Shown: positions 17,119 through 29,732, numbered from the stretch's first letter. The stretch is DNA of 64,000 nt from Candidatus Eiseniibacteriota bacterium (GCA_963783375.1 CAWANH010000029.1:672001-736000); one strand, 5' to 3'. Notes: generated by a model not told the origin, from the letters alone. Numbers and translations are program-made.

Positions 17119-17127
17119 GACTCCTCC

Positions 17128-20001
17128 TTACCTCCCGCTCGCCAGGCCCCTCGCCGCGACGTGGTCGCGGGGCCGCTTGCGGTCCTTGATTCCCAGTGCG
17201 TCCCTTAGCGCCTGCCCGGTATAGGAACCGCGGCTGGCGGCAACCTCCTCCGGCGACCCGACGGCCACCACCCGTCCCCCTTCATCGCCCCCCTCGGGGC
17301 CCAGATCGATCAGATGGTCCGCGGTCTTCACCACGTCGAGATTGTGCTCGATCACCACCACGGTGTTGCCCCGGTCCACCAGCTGGTTCAGGACCGCGAG
17401 GAGTTGCTCCACGTCGTGGATGTGGAGGCCGGTGGTGGGCTCGTCAAGAATGTAGAAGGTCCGCCCGGTGGCCACCTTGGCCAGTTCCGAGGAGAGCTTC
17501 ATGCGCTGGGCCTCGCCCCCGGAGAGGGTGGTGGCGGGCTGGCCGAGATGGATGTATCCGAGCCCCACCCCCTGCAGCACGTCCAGCCGGCGGCGGATGG
17601 TGGGGATGGTGCCCAGGAACTCGAGCGCCTCGTCCACGGTCATCTCCAGCACGTCGTCGATGTTCTTCCCCTTGTAGGTCACCTCGAGGGTTTCACGGTT
17701 GTACCGGCGCCCCTGGCAGACGTCGCACTTGACGTAGACGTCGGGAAGGAAGTGCATCTCGATCTTCACCACGCCGTCCCCGGAGCAGGCCTCGCACCGC
17801 CCCCCCTTCACGTTGAAGGAGAAGCGTCCCGGCTTGTATCCCCGCACCTTGGACTCGGGAAGCTCGGAGAAGAGGCTCCGGATCTCGGTGAACACCCCGG
17901 TATAGGTGGCGGGGTTGGAGCGCGGGGTGCGCCCGATCGGGGACTGGTCGATGTTCACCACCTTGTCCAGGTGCTCCAGCCCCGCGATCCCGCGGTGTCG
18001 CCCCGGGGGATCGGCGGCGCCGTAGAAGTGCCGGGCCAGTCCCTTGTGCAGGATATCGTTCACCAGGGTGCTCTTTCCCGAGCCGCTCACCCCGGTCACG
18101 CAGGTGAACACCCCCAGGGGAAACCGCACCTCGATCTTCTTCAGGTTGTTCTCCGCGGCCTCGTGCACCACCAGCGCCTTGCCGTTCCCCTTCCTCCGCG
18201 CGGCGGGGACGGGTATGGCGTCCCGGCCCGACAGATACCGGCCGGTGAGGGACGTGGGGTGCGCCTCGATCTCGGCGGGGGGACCCGAGGCCACCACCGT
18301 GCCTCCCAGCTTCCCCGCCCCCGGCCCCAGGTCCACGATCCAGTCCGCCGAGCGCATGGTGTCGAGATCGTGCTCCACCACCAGCACCGTGTTCCCCAGG
18401 TCGCGCATGGCGGTCAGCGTCCGGAGCAGCCGCTGGTTGTCCCGGTGGTGCAGGCCGATCGAGGGTTCGTCGAGAACGTAGAGAACCCCCATGAGCCGCG
18501 ACCCCACCTGGGTGGCCAGCCGGATCCGCTGGGCCTCGCCCCCGGACAGGGTGCCCGCGGAACGGTCGAGGGTCAGGTAGTCGAGGCCCACGTCGGCCAT
18601 GAACTGGAGCCGCTGGCGGATCTCCTTCAGAACCTGGGCGCCGATGGCGCGTTCCCGCGGGGTCAGGTCGAGCGAGTCGACCCATTCCACCGCGGTCTTC
18701 ACCGAGAGCGCCGCCGTCCCGGCGATGTTCGCGCCGTGCACCTGCACGGCCAGGGACTCCGGCCGGAGACGGGTTCCGCCGCAAGCCTGGCAGGCGGTGA
18801 TCCCCATGAAGCTCTGGATGTGGTCCCGTACCTTGGCGCTGGACGAGTTCCGGTAGCGCCGCATCAGGTTGGGGATGACCCCCTCCCACTCCTTCTTGTA
18901 CTTGACCGCGAAGCGGGAGTCCTTGTAGACGACGTCCAGCTCCTTCCCCCCCGCGCCGTAGAGGATCACCTTGCGCAGGCGCGCCGGGAGCTTCTTCCAG
19001 GGGGTCTTGAGGTCGAACTTGTAGGCCTTGCCCAGGGCTTTCATCTGGGCGCCGAGCCAGGAGTTGTCCACCCGGCTTCCGTAGGGGACGATGGCCTCGG
19101 CGGCGATGGACAGGCCCGGATCGGGGACCACCCGCTCCGGGTCGATCTCCATGCGGGTACCGAGTCCGTCGCACTCCGGGCAGGCCCCGTAGGGGGAATT
19201 GAACGAGAACATGCGGGGCTCGAGGTCGGCGTAGGAGATCCCGCACACCACGCAGGTGGCGTGCTCGTTCAGGACCCGGTCCTCCTCCCCTTCCACCACC
19301 ACGGTAACCAGCCCCCCCGAGAGGCCCAGGGCGGTCTCCAGGGAGTCGGCCAGACGTTGGCGGGCGTCGGGGGCAGGCTTCAGCCGGTCCACCACGATCT
19401 CGATGGTGTGCTTGCGCTTCTTGTCCAGCTTGGGGGCCTGATCCAGCTCGCTCCAGGCCCCGTCGATCCGAACCCGGAGGAACCCTTCCCGCTTCATCTC
19501 GGCCAGTTCCGCCCGGTACTCCCCCTTTCGCCCCCGCACGATGGGAGCCAGGATCTGGGTGCGCTTCCCCTTGGCCGAGACCAGGATGAGGTCGGTCATC
19601 TCCTGCACGGTCTGCCGTGAGATGGGACGGCCGCACTTCATACAGTGCTGCTTCCCGATCCGGGCGAACAGGAGACGCAGGTAGTCGTAGATCTCGGTGG
19701 CGGTGGCCACGGTGGAGCGCGGGTTCCGGGCCGCGGTGCGCTGCTCGATGGAGATGGCCGGCGAGAGCCCGTCGATGTGGTCGACGTCGGGCTTCTCCAT
19801 CTGGCCCAGGAACTGGCGGGCGTAGGCGGAAAGGCTCTCCACGTAGCGACGCTGGCCCTCGGCATAGATCGTGTCGAAGGCCAGGCTCGATTTGCCCGAG
19901 CCGGACACGCCGGTGATCACCACCAGCCGGTCCCGGGGGATCTCCAGGCTCAGGTTCTTGAGGTTGTGCTCGCGGGCGCCGCGAACGGAGATGTTCTGCA
20001 T
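17128..20001 (-). CDS. uvrA: Excinuclease ABC subunit A
   Basis: ATG at 20001 ([16 protein letters not shown]). Two Walker A motifs GVSGSGKS, zinc fingers and two LSGGEAQR signatures. Confidence 0.98.
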   Translation of the reverse strand: MQNISVRGAREHNLKNLSLEIPRDRLVVITGVSGSGKSSLAFDTIYAEGQRRYVESLSAYARQFLGQMEKPDVDHIDGLSPAISIEQRTAARNPRSTVATATEIYDYLRLLFARIGKQHCMKCGRPISRQTVQEMTDLILVSAKGKRTQILAPIVRGRKGEYRAELAEMKREGFLRVRIDGAWSELDQAPKLDKKRKHTIEIVVDRLKPAPDARQRLADSLETALGLSGGLVTVVVEGEEDRVLNEHATCVVCGISYADLEPRMFSFNSPYGACPECDGLGTRMEIDPERVVPDPGLSIAAEAIVPYGSRVDNSWLGAQMKALGKAYKFDLKTPWKKLPARLRKVILYGAGGKELDVVYKDSRFAVKYKKEWEGVIPNLMRRYRNSSSAKVRDHIQSFMGITACQACGGTRLRPESLAVQVHGANIAGTAALSVKTAVEWVDSLDLTPRERAIGAQVLKEIRQRLQFMADVGLDYLTLDRSAGTLSGGEAQRIRLATQVGSRLMGVLYVLDEPSIGLHHRDNQRLLRTLTAMRDLGNTVLVVEHDLDTMRSADWIVDLGPGAGKLGGTVVASGPPAEIEAHPTSLTGRYLSGRDAIPVPAARRKGNGKALVVHEAAENNLKKIEVRFPLGVFTCVTGVSGSGKSTLVNDILHKGLARHFYGAADPPGRHRGIAGLEHLDKVVNIDQSPIGRTPRSNPATYTGVFTEIRSLFSELPESKVRGYKPGRFSFNVKGGRCEACSGDGVVKIEMHFLPDVYVKCDVCQGRRYNRETLEVTYKGKNIDDVLEMTVDEALEFLGTIPTIRRRLDVLQGVGLGYIHLGQPATTLSGGEAQRMKLSSELAKVATGRTFYILDEPTTGLHIHDVEQLLAVLNQLVDRGNTVVVIEHNLDVVKTADHLIDLGPEGGDEGGRVVAVGSPEEVAASRGSYTGQALRDALGIKDRKRPRDHVAARGLASGR

Positions 20002-20315
20002 GAGGACGATTCGACCATCCACTTCGAGAACCGGCGCGCTCCCCGCGGGAGCGGGGCGCCGCAACCGCGGCGAGGGGAGGCCGCGGACGCCGTGCGCCGG
20101 AAGCTCGACCCAGGGGGCGTCCAGGCCGCCCCCGCGGGGGCGTGCCGGGGGCCCGGCAAAAAAAGGAGGCGCGTGGATGGACGATTCCGTGCGCTCCGTC
20201 GGCGGCGCGGCTCGCGCCCCTAACCGGATCTCCTCCTGCCCCACGTCCCTCCCCCCGCCGCACGGACGGCTCGCCAGAGCCCCGGCGCCGTCGCGACATC
20301 TTCGGAAAGCAATAG

Positions 20316-20344
20316 AGGTTAGGGCTCCCGCGGCACCCTGTCAA
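20316..20344 (-). promoter_or_regulatory. sigma-70 promoter for uvrA-pepA
   Basis: TTGACA-N17-TAACCT on the minus strand. Confidence 0.6.
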
Positions 20345-20440
20345 GGAAGGGGCCGATCCCGGCCCCGCCGGCGGAGCCGGACGCCCGCGGCGCGCTCCGG
20401 AGGTCCCGGACGACGCGTGGGGGAGGCTCCGGCCGACCGC

Positions 20441-21685
20441 CTACTCGTACCGGAGCGCCTCTACCGGGTCCAGACGCGCCGCCCGCACCGCGGGCCAGAT
20501 GCCGAAGAAGAGCCCCACCCCGACCGACACCGAAATGGCGGCCACGTAGGCCCAGATGGGAACGTAGGCGGGAAGCGGGGTGAGGAGGTCCACCAGCTTC
20601 CCGATCCCGAGCCCCAGGAGAATCCCGATGATCCCTCCCGCCCCGGTCAACACCGTGGCCTCGGCCAGGAACTGGTTCAGGATCTGGCGGCGGGTGGCGC
20701 CGAGGGCCTTGCGGATCCCGATCTCCCGGGTACGCTCGGTCACCGACACCAGCATGATGTTCATGACCCCGATCCCCCCCACCAGGAGGGCGACCGAGGC
20801 GATGGCCAGCACCACCACGAAAAAGGCGCCGGTGATCTGGTTGTACAGGGAGAGAAGGTTCTCCTGGGTGACCAGGGCGAAGTCGTTGGGGTCCTGGGGA
20901 CGGAGGCCGCGGGTGCGCCGGAGCGACTCGGTCACCTGCTCCAGGGCCGCCGGAACCAGCTCGGGTTGCACGGGGCGGAACGAGATCTGGAGCCGCATGC
21001 GAGGTTCCCCGAAGAACCGCTTGAGGGCGTCCTTGGGGATGATCACCTGGTTATCGAGGCTCTGGCCCACGAACTTTCCGCGGGAGGCCAGGAGCCCGGT
21101 GACCTCGAACTTCTGGTTCCCGATCTGGAGGGGCTGCCCCACCGGGTCCACCCCGCCGTAGAGCTGCTCGACCACGTCGGACCCAACCAGGGCCACGCGC
21201 GCCCCGCTCTGGATCTCGTTCTCGGTGAAGGGGCGCCCGTCGGACAGGTCCCGGGCCTGCACCATCAGGTAGTAGGAGTCGATCCCCATCACGTCGGTGA
21301 GCCGGGTGTCCGTCCCCCCGTAGCGGAGGCGCTGCCGGGTATAGTACCCCTCGGTGACCGCCAGCACCGCGGGACAGGTCTCCCGGATCCCCTCCGCGTC
21401 CTGGTGGTCGAAGTCCTTGCGTTTGCGCAGGGAGTCGGGGAGTTCCCCCACGAACACGCCGGGATCGAACCGCCTTACGCGGATGGTGTCGGAACCGAGG
21501 GCGGCGAGCTGGTTCTTCATGGAGCGGTTCAGCCCCTCCACCAGGCTCACCATCCCCACCACCGAGGTGATCCCGATAACGATCCCCAGCACGGTGAGCC
21601 CGCCCCGCATCTTGTGGGCGGTGAGGCTGGCCAGCGCCAGCTTCACGATCTCCGCTTCGCTGCCGGTGCGTTTCCAGAATTTCAT
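20441..21685 (-). CDS. ABC transporter permease, MacB/FtsX family
   Basis: [14 protein letters not shown], periplasmic core domain, [28 protein letters not shown] and DPVEALRYE. Confidence 0.93.
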   Translation of the reverse strand: MKFWKRTGSEAEIVKLALASLTAHKMRGGLTVLGIVIGITSVVGMVSLVEGLNRSMKNQLAALGSDTIRVRRFDPGVFVGELPDSLRKRKDFDHQDAEGIRETCPAVLAVTEGYYTRQRLRYGGTDTRLTDVMGIDSYYLMVQARDLSDGRPFTENEIQSGARVALVGSDVVEQLYGGVDPVGQPLQIGNQKFEVTGLLASRGKFVGQSLDNQVIIPKDALKRFFGEPRMRLQISFRPVQPELVPAALEQVTESLRRTRGLRPQDPNDFALVTQENLLSLYNQITGAFFVVVLAIASVALLVGGIGVMNIMLVSVTERTREIGIRKALGATRRQILNQFLAEATVLTGAGGIIGILLGLGIGKLVDLLTPLPAYVPIWAYVAAISVSVGVGLFFGIWPAVRAARLDPVEALRYE

Positions 21686-21694
21686 CGTCGCGTC

Positions 21695-22918
21695 CTACTC
21701 GTAACGGAGCGCGGTCACCGGGTCGAGCCGGGAGGCCCGCATGGCCGGGAAGATGCCGAAGAAGATCCCCACCGCCCCCGACACCCCGAACCCGAGCGCG
21801 GTGGCCTCGGGGGTGATGCGGGCGGGGAAACCGGTGGCCGCGGACACGATGAGGCTCAGCGTGAACCCGATGAGGATGCCCACCATCCCGCCGGTCAGGG
21901 TGACCACCATGGACTCCATGAGGAACTGGTTCAGGATGTCCCGCCGGCGCGCCCCCACCGACTTGCGCACCCCGATCTCCCGCGTCCGTTCGGTGACCGA
22001 GACCAGCATGATGTTCATGATCACGATCCCCCCCACCACCAGGGAGATGCTACCCACCCCCACCAGCACCGCGAAGATGCCGCCGGTGAGGCTCCGGTAG
22101 AGATCCATGAGGGCGTCCGAGGAGTAGACCTCGAAGTTGTCCTTGTCCTGGGGACGGAGCCCGCGCACCGAGCGCAGGATCCAGCGCACCTCGGCCTGGG
22201 CCTCCTCGGTGGGAACCCCGTTCGCGGGCTGGGCGAGGATGGTGAAGAAGCTCTTGTCCCGGAACCAGCCCATGAGCTCGGTGAGGGGGAGGGCCACGAA
22301 GTTGTCCGTGCTCTGGCCGAAGATCTTCCCCCGCTCACCGAACACTCCGATCACCTGGTAGCGGCGGCTTCCCACCCGGATGTCCTGGCCCACCGCCGCC
22401 CCGGCCGGGAAGAGTTCCCGGGCCACCTCGCTCCCCAGGATGGCCACGTTCCGCCGGGTCCGAAGATCGGTGTCGCGGAGCGCCCGTCCCTCCACCAGGG
22501 GGTAGGGATCGAAGAACGGGGAGTCGGGGGTGAGGCCGACGATGCCGATGCCGCTGAGTTTGCGGTTCCCGTGCTTCACCCGGGCGTTGGTCTGAAGAAC
22601 CGCCCCCACCGACTTCAGGGTCTCGTTCCGCTCCACCACCGCCTCGTACTGGCGCACGTCGAGGTCCGGCCGCTTCAGGCGGTTGAGGAAATCCTCCTCG
22701 TTGAAGGCCAGCCCGATCTTGTCCACCTGGAAGAGGTTGGCCCCCTGGATCAGGATCTTGTCGGAGACGTAGTGGTTCAACCCCTGGATCAGGCTCACCA
22801 GGGTGATCACGGTGATCACCCCCATGATGTGGCCGAGCAGGGTGAGAAAGGTGCGGAGCTTGTGGGACCACAAGGATCCCGCGCCCAGCTTGAGCCCTTC
22901 CCACAGGAGCCGCATCAC
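21695..22918 (-). CDS. ABC transporter permease, MacB/FtsX family
   Basis: [38 protein letters not shown] and DPVTALRYE. Confidence 0.93.
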   Translation of the reverse strand: MMRLLWEGLKLGAGSLWSHKLRTFLTLLGHIMGVITVITLVSLIQGLNHYVSDKILIQGANLFQVDKIGLAFNEEDFLNRLKRPDLDVRQYEAVVERNETLKSVGAVLQTNARVKHGNRKLSGIGIVGLTPDSPFFDPYPLVEGRALRDTDLRTRRNVAILGSEVARELFPAGAAVGQDIRVGSRRYQVIGVFGERGKIFGQSTDNFVALPLTELMGWFRDKSFFTILAQPANGVPTEEAQAEVRWILRSVRGLRPQDKDNFEVYSSDALMDLYRSLTGGIFAVLVGVGSISLVVGGIVIMNIMLVSVTERTREIGVRKSVGARRRDILNQFLMESMVVTLTGGMVGILIGFTLSLIVSAATGFPARITPEATALGFGVSGAVGIFFGIFPAMRASRLDPVTALRYE

Positions 22919-23601
22919 GAGACCCCGTCGGAGGTGTCGCTCTCGATCCGGCCGTCGCGCAGGCGGATCCGGCGCCGGGCGTGGGCGGCGATATCCTCTT
23001 CATGGGTGACCAGGATTACCGTGTTCCCCTCGGCGGAGATCCGGTCGAAAGCGATCATGATCTCGGTGGAGGTCCTCGAATCGAGGTTTCCGGTGGGTTC
23101 GTCGGCGAGGATGAGCGACGGATCGTTGACCAGGGCCCGGGCGATGGCCACCCGCTGGCGTTGCCCGCCCGAGAGCTCGTTGGGGCGGTGGTGGGCCCGG
23201 TCGGCGAGACCCACCAGGTCGAGGGCTTTCCGCACCCGTTCCTTCCGCTCGGGACCGGGGATCCCGGCGTAGATGAGGGGCAGCTCCACGTTGTGGAAGG
23301 CGTCGGAGCGGGCGAGGAGGTTGAAGGTCTGGAACACGAACCCGATCCGCCGGTTCCGGATGGCGGCCAGCTCGTCGTCGTTGAGATCGGAGACCTGCTC
23401 CCCGTCCAGGACGTAGCCGCCGCTGCTGGGGGTGTCCAGGCAGCCGAGGATGTTCATGAGGGTCGACTTGCCGCTTCCCGACGCGCCCATGACCGCCGCG
23501 TACTCGCCTTCGGCGATCCGGAGATCCACTCCGTCCAGGGCGCGCACTTCCACCTCGCCCATCTGGTAGACCTTGGTCAGATCGTCGATCTCGATCAGCA
23601 C
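22915..23601 (-). CDS. ABC transporter ATP-binding protein (MacB/LolD-like)
   Basis: GTG at 23601 ([12 protein letters not shown]). [33 protein letters not shown] and VTHE. Confidence 0.95.
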   Translation of the reverse strand: MLIEIDDLTKVYQMGEVEVRALDGVDLRIAEGEYAAVMGASGSGKSTLMNILGCLDTPSSGGYVLDGEQVSDLNDDELAAIRNRRIGFVFQTFNLLARSDAFHNVELPLIYAGIPGPERKERVRKALDLVGLADRAHHRPNELSGGQRQRVAIARALVNDPSLILADEPTGNLDSRTSTEIMIAFDRISAEGNTVILVTHEEDIAAHARRRIRLRDGRIESDTSDGVS

Positions 23602-24899
23602 TAGTTCTTGTCTTTCCCGTCCGACCGGCTCGAAGACTCCTTGATGCGAGTGCCCTGCTTGAGGTCCCGAAGGATGGTGTAGGGCCCGCTCACCACCCGG
23701 TCCCCTTCCTTCAGGTCGCCGGTCACCTCGATGCGAACGTCGTCGGCGATGCCGGAGGTGACGGGGACGAACTCCGCCTTGTCGTCGGTGATCCGGTAGA
23801 CCCCCTCCACGATCTCCTTCTCCCACTTCTGCCGGGCCTCGGTGTCCAGGCTGTCCGAGGGCGAGACGGTCTTGCCGGCCTTGTGCCCCTCGCGCCGGGC
23901 CACCGCCTTCCGGTCCCGTTCCAGGGTGCCCCGGCTCCGGGCCACCAGGGCCTGGATGGGCACGGTGAGCACGCTGTCCCGGGTCTGGGTGGATACGTCC
24001 ACGTCGGCGGTCATGCCGGGCTTGAGCCTCGGGTCGAAGTGATCGAAACGGACCTTGACCTCGAAGTTGATCGCTTCGTCGGCGGTCCCCAGCCCGCGGC
24101 CCCGCCCCGAGCTCCCCACCGTGGCCACCGTCCCCTGGAAGGTGGTGTCGGGGATGGCGTCCACGCTGATCTTGGCTTCTTGTCCCGGTTTGACGTGAAC
24201 CACGTCGGTCTCGTCCACCTCCGCGTCCACCTCCATCCGGCTCAGGTCGGCGATGGACATCACCACCGTTCCCGGGTTGTTCATGGTCCCCACCACCACG
24301 ATTTCCCCCTCCTCGATGTTGAGGCGGGAGACGATTCCCGAAACCGGGGCGCGGTACTCGGTCTTCTCCAGGTTGTCCCGGGCGTCCTGGACCGAGGCAT
24401 TGGCCCGGCTCACGTCCTGGCGGCGGGCCTCCACGTCCGCGGTCTGAACCGCGAAGTCGGTGCGCGCCTGTTCGAGGGCCTGGGCGGAGGCCAACCCCTG
24501 CTCGGAGAGCGCCTCCTGCCGCGCCTTGTCCTTCTCTATCTTGTCCAGGCGGGCCTGGGAGAGGGCGAGGTTGGCCTTGGCGCTCCGCACCGCGGCCACC
24601 GCCTGATCCACCCGGCTCTGGTACTGGTTGTCGTCGAGCCGGAGGAGGAGATCCCCCTTGGTGACGGAATCCCCTTCGGCCACGTAGAGCTTCTCCACCC
24701 GACCCGGCACCTCGGCGCTCAGGTCCACCGAAGCCACCGCCTGGACCTTTCCGGGCGCGGTGATGCGGGAGGTGACGTCGGCGCGCTCGACCTTGGACAG
24801 CCGGGCCTTCACGGTGGGGACGTTGGACCGAGTGAGGTTGACGACGAGGATCACCCCGAGCACCACCACACCGGCACCTATCAAGATCCACTTTCTCAC
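23601..24899 (-). CDS. Efflux periplasmic adaptor subunit (MacA/HlyD family)
   Basis: N-terminal [15 protein letters not shown], coiled-coil hairpin, APVSGIV and VDETDV. Confidence 0.93.
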   Translation of the reverse strand: MRKWILIGAGVVVLGVILVVNLTRSNVPTVKARLSKVERADVTSRITAPGKVQAVASVDLSAEVPGRVEKLYVAEGDSVTKGDLLLRLDDNQYQSRVDQAVAAVRSAKANLALSQARLDKIEKDKARQEALSEQGLASAQALEQARTDFAVQTADVEARRQDVSRANASVQDARDNLEKTEYRAPVSGIVSRLNIEEGEIVVVGTMNNPGTVVMSIADLSRMEVDAEVDETDVVHVKPGQEAKISVDAIPDTTFQGTVATVGSSGRGRGLGTADEAINFEVKVRFDHFDPRLKPGMTADVDVSTQTRDSVLTVPIQALVARSRGTLERDRKAVARREGHKAGKTVSPSDSLDTEARQKWEKEIVEGVYRITDDKAEFVPVTSGIADDVRIEVTGDLKEGDRVVSGPYTILRDLKQGTRIKESSSRSDGKDKN

Positions 24900-24922
24900 G
24901 AGTCTTTTCCCCCTCGAACCGG

Positions 24923-26422
24923 CTAGCGCGGGAGCGGCGCTCCCCGGGCCTTGTCCACCGCCGCCTCGCTGATCCTGAGCCCGGTCTGGGCGTTGACCAG
25001 GTCGTTACGAGCCCGGGTCAAGTTGACCTGGGACTCCAGCAGCTCCAGCACCGTTCCCAACCCTTGGGTGTAGCGTTCCTCGGAAAGCCGGAGATCCTCC
25101 TGCGCCGACTCCAGGCCCTGCTGGGCGGTCTCGATGGCCTGGATCGAGGCCCGGTAGTTCAGGATGGCCTCTTCCAGCTCCTGCTGGACGGCGAGTTCCG
25201 CCGCGTCCATCTGGTACTCCGCCCGCCGCTTGTTGGCGTGGGCCCGCTTGTGCTGCCCCATGTTGAGGAAGGCGTCGAGGCTGATCGAGGCCCCCACCTG
25301 GAACGACCACCCATCGCTGGCGCTCTGGGAGTTCACCGGAAAGGTGATCAGCGCCGACGTTGTGTCGCCGGGAGAGGGCGAGTTCGGAACCTGGACCTGG
25401 GTGAGCTGATCCCCGCTCGAGGCCCCGGTGTTGTTGCTGACGTTGAAGCTGGCGAAAAGGCTGGGGAGGCGCGAGGTGGCCGCGGCCTTGTACGCGTTCT
25501 GCGCGCTCCGGAGATCCTGGCGGGCCTGGAGGAGATCCGGACGTTCCATGGCCTCCCTCACCGCCTCGGAGCTGTCGATGGGGGCCGCCTGGCTGGTGAG
25601 ATCGCCCGAGACCTGAAGGTCGGTGTCGGCGGAGAATCCGAGGAGCGTGGATAGCCGTGACTCCTCGATGCTCACCTGGTTCTGCTGCTGGATCAGGGTG
25701 AGCCGGGCCTGGGAAACCTGGACCTGGGACTTCAGGACATCCACCTTGGCCACCGACCCCAACTCGAACATGCTCTGCACACGGTTCAACTCGTCCTGGG
25801 CCAGCTTCAACGCCTCCTGCTGCACGGTGAGGAGGTTCTGGGCCCGGAGCACCAGGTAGAACTGTTGGCGCACGCTGAAAGCCAGGGTCTGCCCGGCGGC
25901 ATCGACGCCGTGCCGGGCGCTCTGGACGCTGGCCTGGGCGCCGCGGTACCCGTACCAGAGGGGCAGGCTCAGGTTCTCCCGCAGGCTCAAGCCGAACCCG
26001 GTGCTGTGGGAGTCGCTGGTGAGATCCACGTCCCCACGCTTGAGCACCCGACCATCGGGATACTGGGAATTGGGCTGTAGGACCTGGATATCCAGGTCCT
26101 TGAGGGTTCGGGTGTTGTTGTTCTTGCTGTAGCTGTAGGAACCGCTGGCCGAGGGGAGCAGACCCGCCATCGCATCCAGCCGGGAACCCGCCGCGGCGCT
26201 CAGCGAGGCCTCGGCCTGGCGATACCCGAGATTCTGGGCCAGGGCGATTCGCACCGCCTCGTCCACGGTCAGGGGACCCGAAGGCGGGGGAACCGCCTCC
26301 GCGACTCCGGTCAGGACCACCGCCAGGGCTGCCGCCGTCAGGAGGGCCCGGCGGCTCTCCCGCCCGGGCGCCCTCTTCCTCCGGACGATCCGTCCGAGCA
26401 CCAACGCCATGGATCGAGTCAT
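24923..26422 (-). CDS. TolC family outer membrane protein
   Basis: [36 protein letters not shown] and [12 protein letters not shown]. First gene of the exporter operon. Confidence 0.9.
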   Translation of the reverse strand: MTRSMALVLGRIVRRKRAPGRESRRALLTAAALAVVLTGVAEAVPPPSGPLTVDEAVRIALAQNLGYRQAEASLSAAAGSRLDAMAGLLPSASGSYSYSKNNNTRTLKDLDIQVLQPNSQYPDGRVLKRGDVDLTSDSHSTGFGLSLRENLSLPLWYGYRGAQASVQSARHGVDAAGQTLAFSVRQQFYLVLRAQNLLTVQQEALKLAQDELNRVQSMFELGSVAKVDVLKSQVQVSQARLTLIQQQNQVSIEESRLSTLLGFSADTDLQVSGDLTSQAAPIDSSEAVREAMERPDLLQARQDLRSAQNAYKAAATSRLPSLFASFNVSNNTGASSGDQLTQVQVPNSPSPGDTTSALITFPVNSQSASDGWSFQVGASISLDAFLNMGQHKRAHANKRRAEYQMDAAELAVQQELEEAILNYRASIQAIETAQQGLESAQEDLRLSEERYTQGLGTVLELLESQVNLTRARNDLVNAQTGLRISEAAVDKARGAPLPR

Positions 26423-26533
26423 CAACAAAGCCTCCTCGCCACGTGGACGCACAGTCACCCCCTTGCATCCTTCCGTCCGTTCCTACGCGGACCGGGGCCT
26501 GGGGGTTGCATCGATCGTTCAACCGGGACGGGC

Positions 26534-26563
26534 ACTATGAGAACCCACCTCGGGGGGTGTCAA
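26534..26563 (-). promoter_or_regulatory. sigma-70 promoter for the tolC-macA-ABC operon
   Basis: TTGACA-N18-CATAGT on the minus strand. Confidence 0.55.
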
Positions 26564-26747
26564 GACCGCGCGGCGGCCCGCCGCCGGTGCTTCCCGGGAT
26601 AGGAATGTCTTCGCCTCGCCCCCGGCCGGCGCGGGGGTCGAGGGGACTGGGAGGGTGATTCGGGCCAACACTATAGCGCACTCTCCCCCAGCCGTCCCAC
26701 CCAATCGGTCCTCCCGGGACATCCTCCCCTCCGGCTCCGGAAGCCAC

Positions 26748-26776
26748 AAAAAAAGGCACCCGGCCAGCCGGGTGCC
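26748..26776 (-). terminator. Rho-independent terminator after tonB
   Basis: GGCACCCGG-ctgg-CCGGGTGCC followed by T7 on the minus strand. Confidence 0.9.
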
Positions 26777-26808
26777 CCGTCGTCTCGCCGCGCCGCGGTC
26801 GACGTCGA

Positions 26809-27462
26809 TCAGGAATGGAGATGGAACTCGAAAGGAATGGCGATCCTGGCTTTCACCGGCACGTCCCGCTGCTTGGCGGGGGTGAAGAGCCAGTCCATGG
26901 CCGCTTTGCGGGCCGCCTCGGCCAGGCTCGAGATCGTGGTGGACTTGATCACCCGGGCCGCGATCACCCGACCGTTCTCGTTGATCGTGACCTCGATCAG
27001 GACCGTCCCCTCCGCTCCGGCCTGGCGGGCCATGTCGGGGTATTCGGGAGCCACGGTCTTGATCGGGGTGGGCGGAGTGTCGAAGGCGTAGAACGCTTCC
27101 CCGCCCCCGGTGTCTTCCTGCATCTCCGGCGGAGCGAACGGGTTGAAATCCGTCTCGGGAATCGTCTCCTCCATGCTCACATCCTCGGAGACCTCGAGCT
27201 CGGTGGGGAGCGCCGGCCGCTCGATCTCCTTGGGGGGAGGCGGAATCACGATCTCGTCCGGAATGTCGATCGCCTGCATCTTCTTTTCTCTCAGCTTGTA
27301 GGGCTGGATGTCGATCGGCGGCACCGAGAAGATGACGATGAGGTGGATGGCCAGAGCGATCAACAGCGCGTATTCCAGCGTGCGCAGGTACTTCGATTTG
27401 AACGCGAAGTTCGCGCTCCCCATCTGGGTGCCGCTCAGGGTATCCACGGAGGGCGTGGTCAT
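26809..27462 (-). CDS. tonB: Energy transducer TonB
   Basis: Single TM helix with His (LAIHL), Pro-rich linker and TonB_C domain [26 protein letters not shown]...WLFTPAKQ. Confidence 0.9.
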   Translation of the reverse strand: MTTPSVDTLSGTQMGSANFAFKSKYLRTLEYALLIALAIHLIVIFSVPPIDIQPYKLREKKMQAIDIPDEIVIPPPPKEIERPALPTELEVSEDVSMEETIPETDFNPFAPPEMQEDTGGGEAFYAFDTPPTPIKTVAPEYPDMARQAGAEGTVLIEVTINENGRVIAARVIKSTTISSLAEAARKAAMDWLFTPAKQRDVPVKARIAIPFEFHLHS

Positions 27463-27872
27463 TGTTTCTTCTCCCGGTCCGTGGTGAAGGAGGCGTTCAG
27501 GGCCTGGGCTTCCTTCATCATCTCGATCACCTCCGAGGCGATCTCCCAGGGAACCGCCTTGTCGATGTTCAGACCCACGATGAGCGCGGGGTTCTCGGCC
27601 AGCTTGGCCCGAAGCATGGGCACGATGTCCACCAGGGTGATGATGTTGTCGTCGATGGTCATTTCGCGCGCGTTCATCACCCAGATGTGGGCGACCTTGT
27701 TCCGAGGCACCCGCTGGCCGGCCTCCGCCCGGGGCAGGGTCACCGGCAGGCCCTCCTCCATCTTGAAGATGGTGGTGGCCATGAAGAAGATCAGGAGCAG
27801 GAAAGCGATGTCGGCCATGGACGAGGTCGGGATCTGGGCCGGCACGCCGATGGTTCGATGGATCTTGGCCAC
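27459..27872 (-). CDS. exbD: Biopolymer transport protein ExbD/TolR
   Basis: [14 protein letters not shown] with the essential TM Asp, and DKAVPW. Confidence 0.9.
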   Translation of the reverse strand: MAKIHRTIGVPAQIPTSSMADIAFLLLIFFMATTIFKMEEGLPVTLPRAEAGQRVPRNKVAHIWVMNAREMTIDDNIITLVDIVPMLRAKLAENPALIVGLNIDKAVPWEIASEVIEMMKEAQALNASFTTDREKKQ

Positions 27873-27873
27873 G

Positions 27874-28284
27874 CTACTGCCCCTTCGTCTTCAGCGAGAT
27901 ACGACTGGCCCCGGCCAGCTTCAACTCGTCCAGGATGTCCACCATGGCGTTGTACGGCGCGCCCCGGTCCGGCTCCACCGACACCACCAGCTTCTCGTTG
28001 GCCGCCTCCCGCTCCTTGACCAGATCCTTGATCTGGTGAAGGGGGGTGGCCTGATCGTCCACGAAGAAGATCTTCCCGGTGGGATCGGTGCTGATGATCA
28101 TCACGTTCTTGCGGTTGATCTGGGTATTCTGGACGCCGCCCTTGGCGGGCAGGATCAACGACAGCCCGAACTCCTCGGCCACGGTGGTGGTGGCGATGAA
28201 GAAGATCAACAGCAGGAAGGCGACGTCCGCCAACGAGGAGTCCGGGATCTTGTCCTCGGGGCGGATTCTGTGGATTTTGGCCAT
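27874..28284 (-). CDS. exbD: Biopolymer transport protein ExbD/TolR
   Basis: [14 protein letters not shown] and [16 protein letters not shown]. Confidence 0.9.
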   Translation of the reverse strand: MAKIHRIRPEDKIPDSSLADVAFLLLIFFIATTTVAEEFGLSLILPAKGGVQNTQINRKNVMIISTDPTGKIFFVDDQATPLHQIKDLVKEREAANEKLVVSVEPDRGAPYNAMVDILDELKLAGASRISLKTKGQ

Positions 28285-28412
28285 GTGTGTGCTCCTAAAG
28301 CCCGGGCGATCCTGACGCTCGCGCGCCCCGGGATGCCCCTGCGCTCCGAAAGCCCTGGATCAAAGCCTTGGTTCGCTCGACCTGGCGACGCGATCCGTTC
28401 GGTGAGAGCGGA

Positions 28413-29312
28413 TCAGACCGCCTTGTGATGCACCTCCATGTCCACCAGAGTATCTACCAGTTCCACCGAGGCCTCTTCCATCTCCAGCACGAACCGGTCG
28501 ATGCGGGAAATGAAGTAGTTGTTCGCGATCTGGACCGGGATAGCGATGATGAGTCCGGTGGCGGTGGTGATCAGGGCCTCCGAAATACCGGTGGCCACCA
28601 GCTTGGCGCTCACCTGCTCGGCGGCGGCGATGGCCTCGAAGGCGTGGATCATCCCCGACACCGTGCCCAGGAACCCGAGCAGCGGAGCCACGTTGGCGAT
28701 GGAGGCCAGCACGATGAGCCCCTTCTGGAGGAAGGACATCTCGATGGTGCCGGCGGACTCGATCGCCTTCTCCACCGCCTCGGGCCCCTTCGACGCCCGC
28801 ATCAGGCCGGCGTGGAGGATGGCCGCGATGGGTCCGCGCGTGCGCTGGCACACCTCGATGGCTCCCTGGAGCCCTTCGCTCTTGAGCGCCCCGATCACCT
28901 GGCTCATGAGCTTGCGGGTGTTGACCCGGGCGCGGCTCAAGGTCCACGCCCGCTCCAGAATCACGCCGAGCCCGAGCAGGGAACAGAACAGGAGCGGCCA
29001 CATGAACACGCCGCCCTTTTCGAAGAACTCGATGAGGAAGCCCTGCTTCGGAAGCGTGGCTTCCGGCTCGTCCGACGACTCGGGGAGGGTCGGCAGGGCA
29101 TCGCTCATTGTGGCCGATCCGGCGGAATCCGCCGATCCGGGCATGTCTTGCTGGGCGGCCTCACCTTGATCCGCGGCGGTTCCCTGGTCCTGGACGGCGG
29201 GAGCGGACCCCTGTCCCTCCTGAGCCAGAACGGGAGAGGCGGGCAGGGCCACCAGGGCCAGAAGGCCGGCGAGGGCCAGGCCCCACCAGAGATTCCTAGA
29301 CTTCGCGACCAT
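28413..29312 (-). CDS. exbB: MotA/TolQ/ExbB proton channel protein
   Basis: AAGGAG RBS, signal peptide, GGVFMWPL, APLLGFLGTVSGMI and GISEALITTATGL. Confidence 0.93.
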   Translation of the reverse strand: MVAKSRNLWWGLALAGLLALVALPASPVLAQEGQGSAPAVQDQGTAADQGEAAQQDMPGSADSAGSATMSDALPTLPESSDEPEATLPKQGFLIEFFEKGGVFMWPLLFCSLLGLGVILERAWTLSRARVNTRKLMSQVIGALKSEGLQGAIEVCQRTRGPIAAILHAGLMRASKGPEAVEKAIESAGTIEMSFLQKGLIVLASIANVAPLLGFLGTVSGMIHAFEAIAAAEQVSAKLVATGISEALITTATGLIIAIPVQIANNYFISRIDRFVLEMEEASVELVDTLVDMEVHHKAV

Positions 29313-29732
29313 CGACAGATCTCCTTAGACGAGAGGTTGTAGGCACCAGATCACGCTGCGATAGACCCGATCGAAGGCAACCACGGGCCCAGGTCCACCG
29401 ATCCACCCGGGAATCCGGAGGGCCGTCCCGTCTTGACGGCGGTTGCTCCGGAATCGCCGTTCGGCATTCGGGGCGCCGCACCCGTCGAAATCGACGCTCG
29501 ACGGGCGAGGATGCTCCGGGGAGCCGACTTTGAACTCGACGAGGCCATCATGGAAGAGGGAATCACTCCGGGTCCGGTATTCCCCCGCCGCCCGGGGCCG
29601 CTCCGGGCCTCGGACCGGGCGGACAACGCCGGATCCGAAGCCGGACCATGAGGGCCATCCGGCGGGATGTGACCGTAAGAGTGTCGGAGGAGGCAACGAG
29701 CGGTCCGCACCACCGACCGCCCAACCCGAAGG

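Noticed and set aside
19871-23272. 1133-aa plus-strand ORF and similar long ORFs (2298-4520, 6304-8472, 7820-10198, 17314-19620, 17693-20344, 30085-32157, 47450-49543)
   Set aside because: They are antisense or out-of-frame shadows of well-supported genes. High GC3 suppresses stop codons, and the translations are Arg/Gly/Pro-rich with no family motifs.
22915-24891. 658-aa ORF suggesting a large fused ABC protein; likewise the extended N-termini at 32962-35046 and 44460-46424
   Set aside because: The upstream parts overlap real genes in other frames. The true starts are at 23601, 33528 and 45611.
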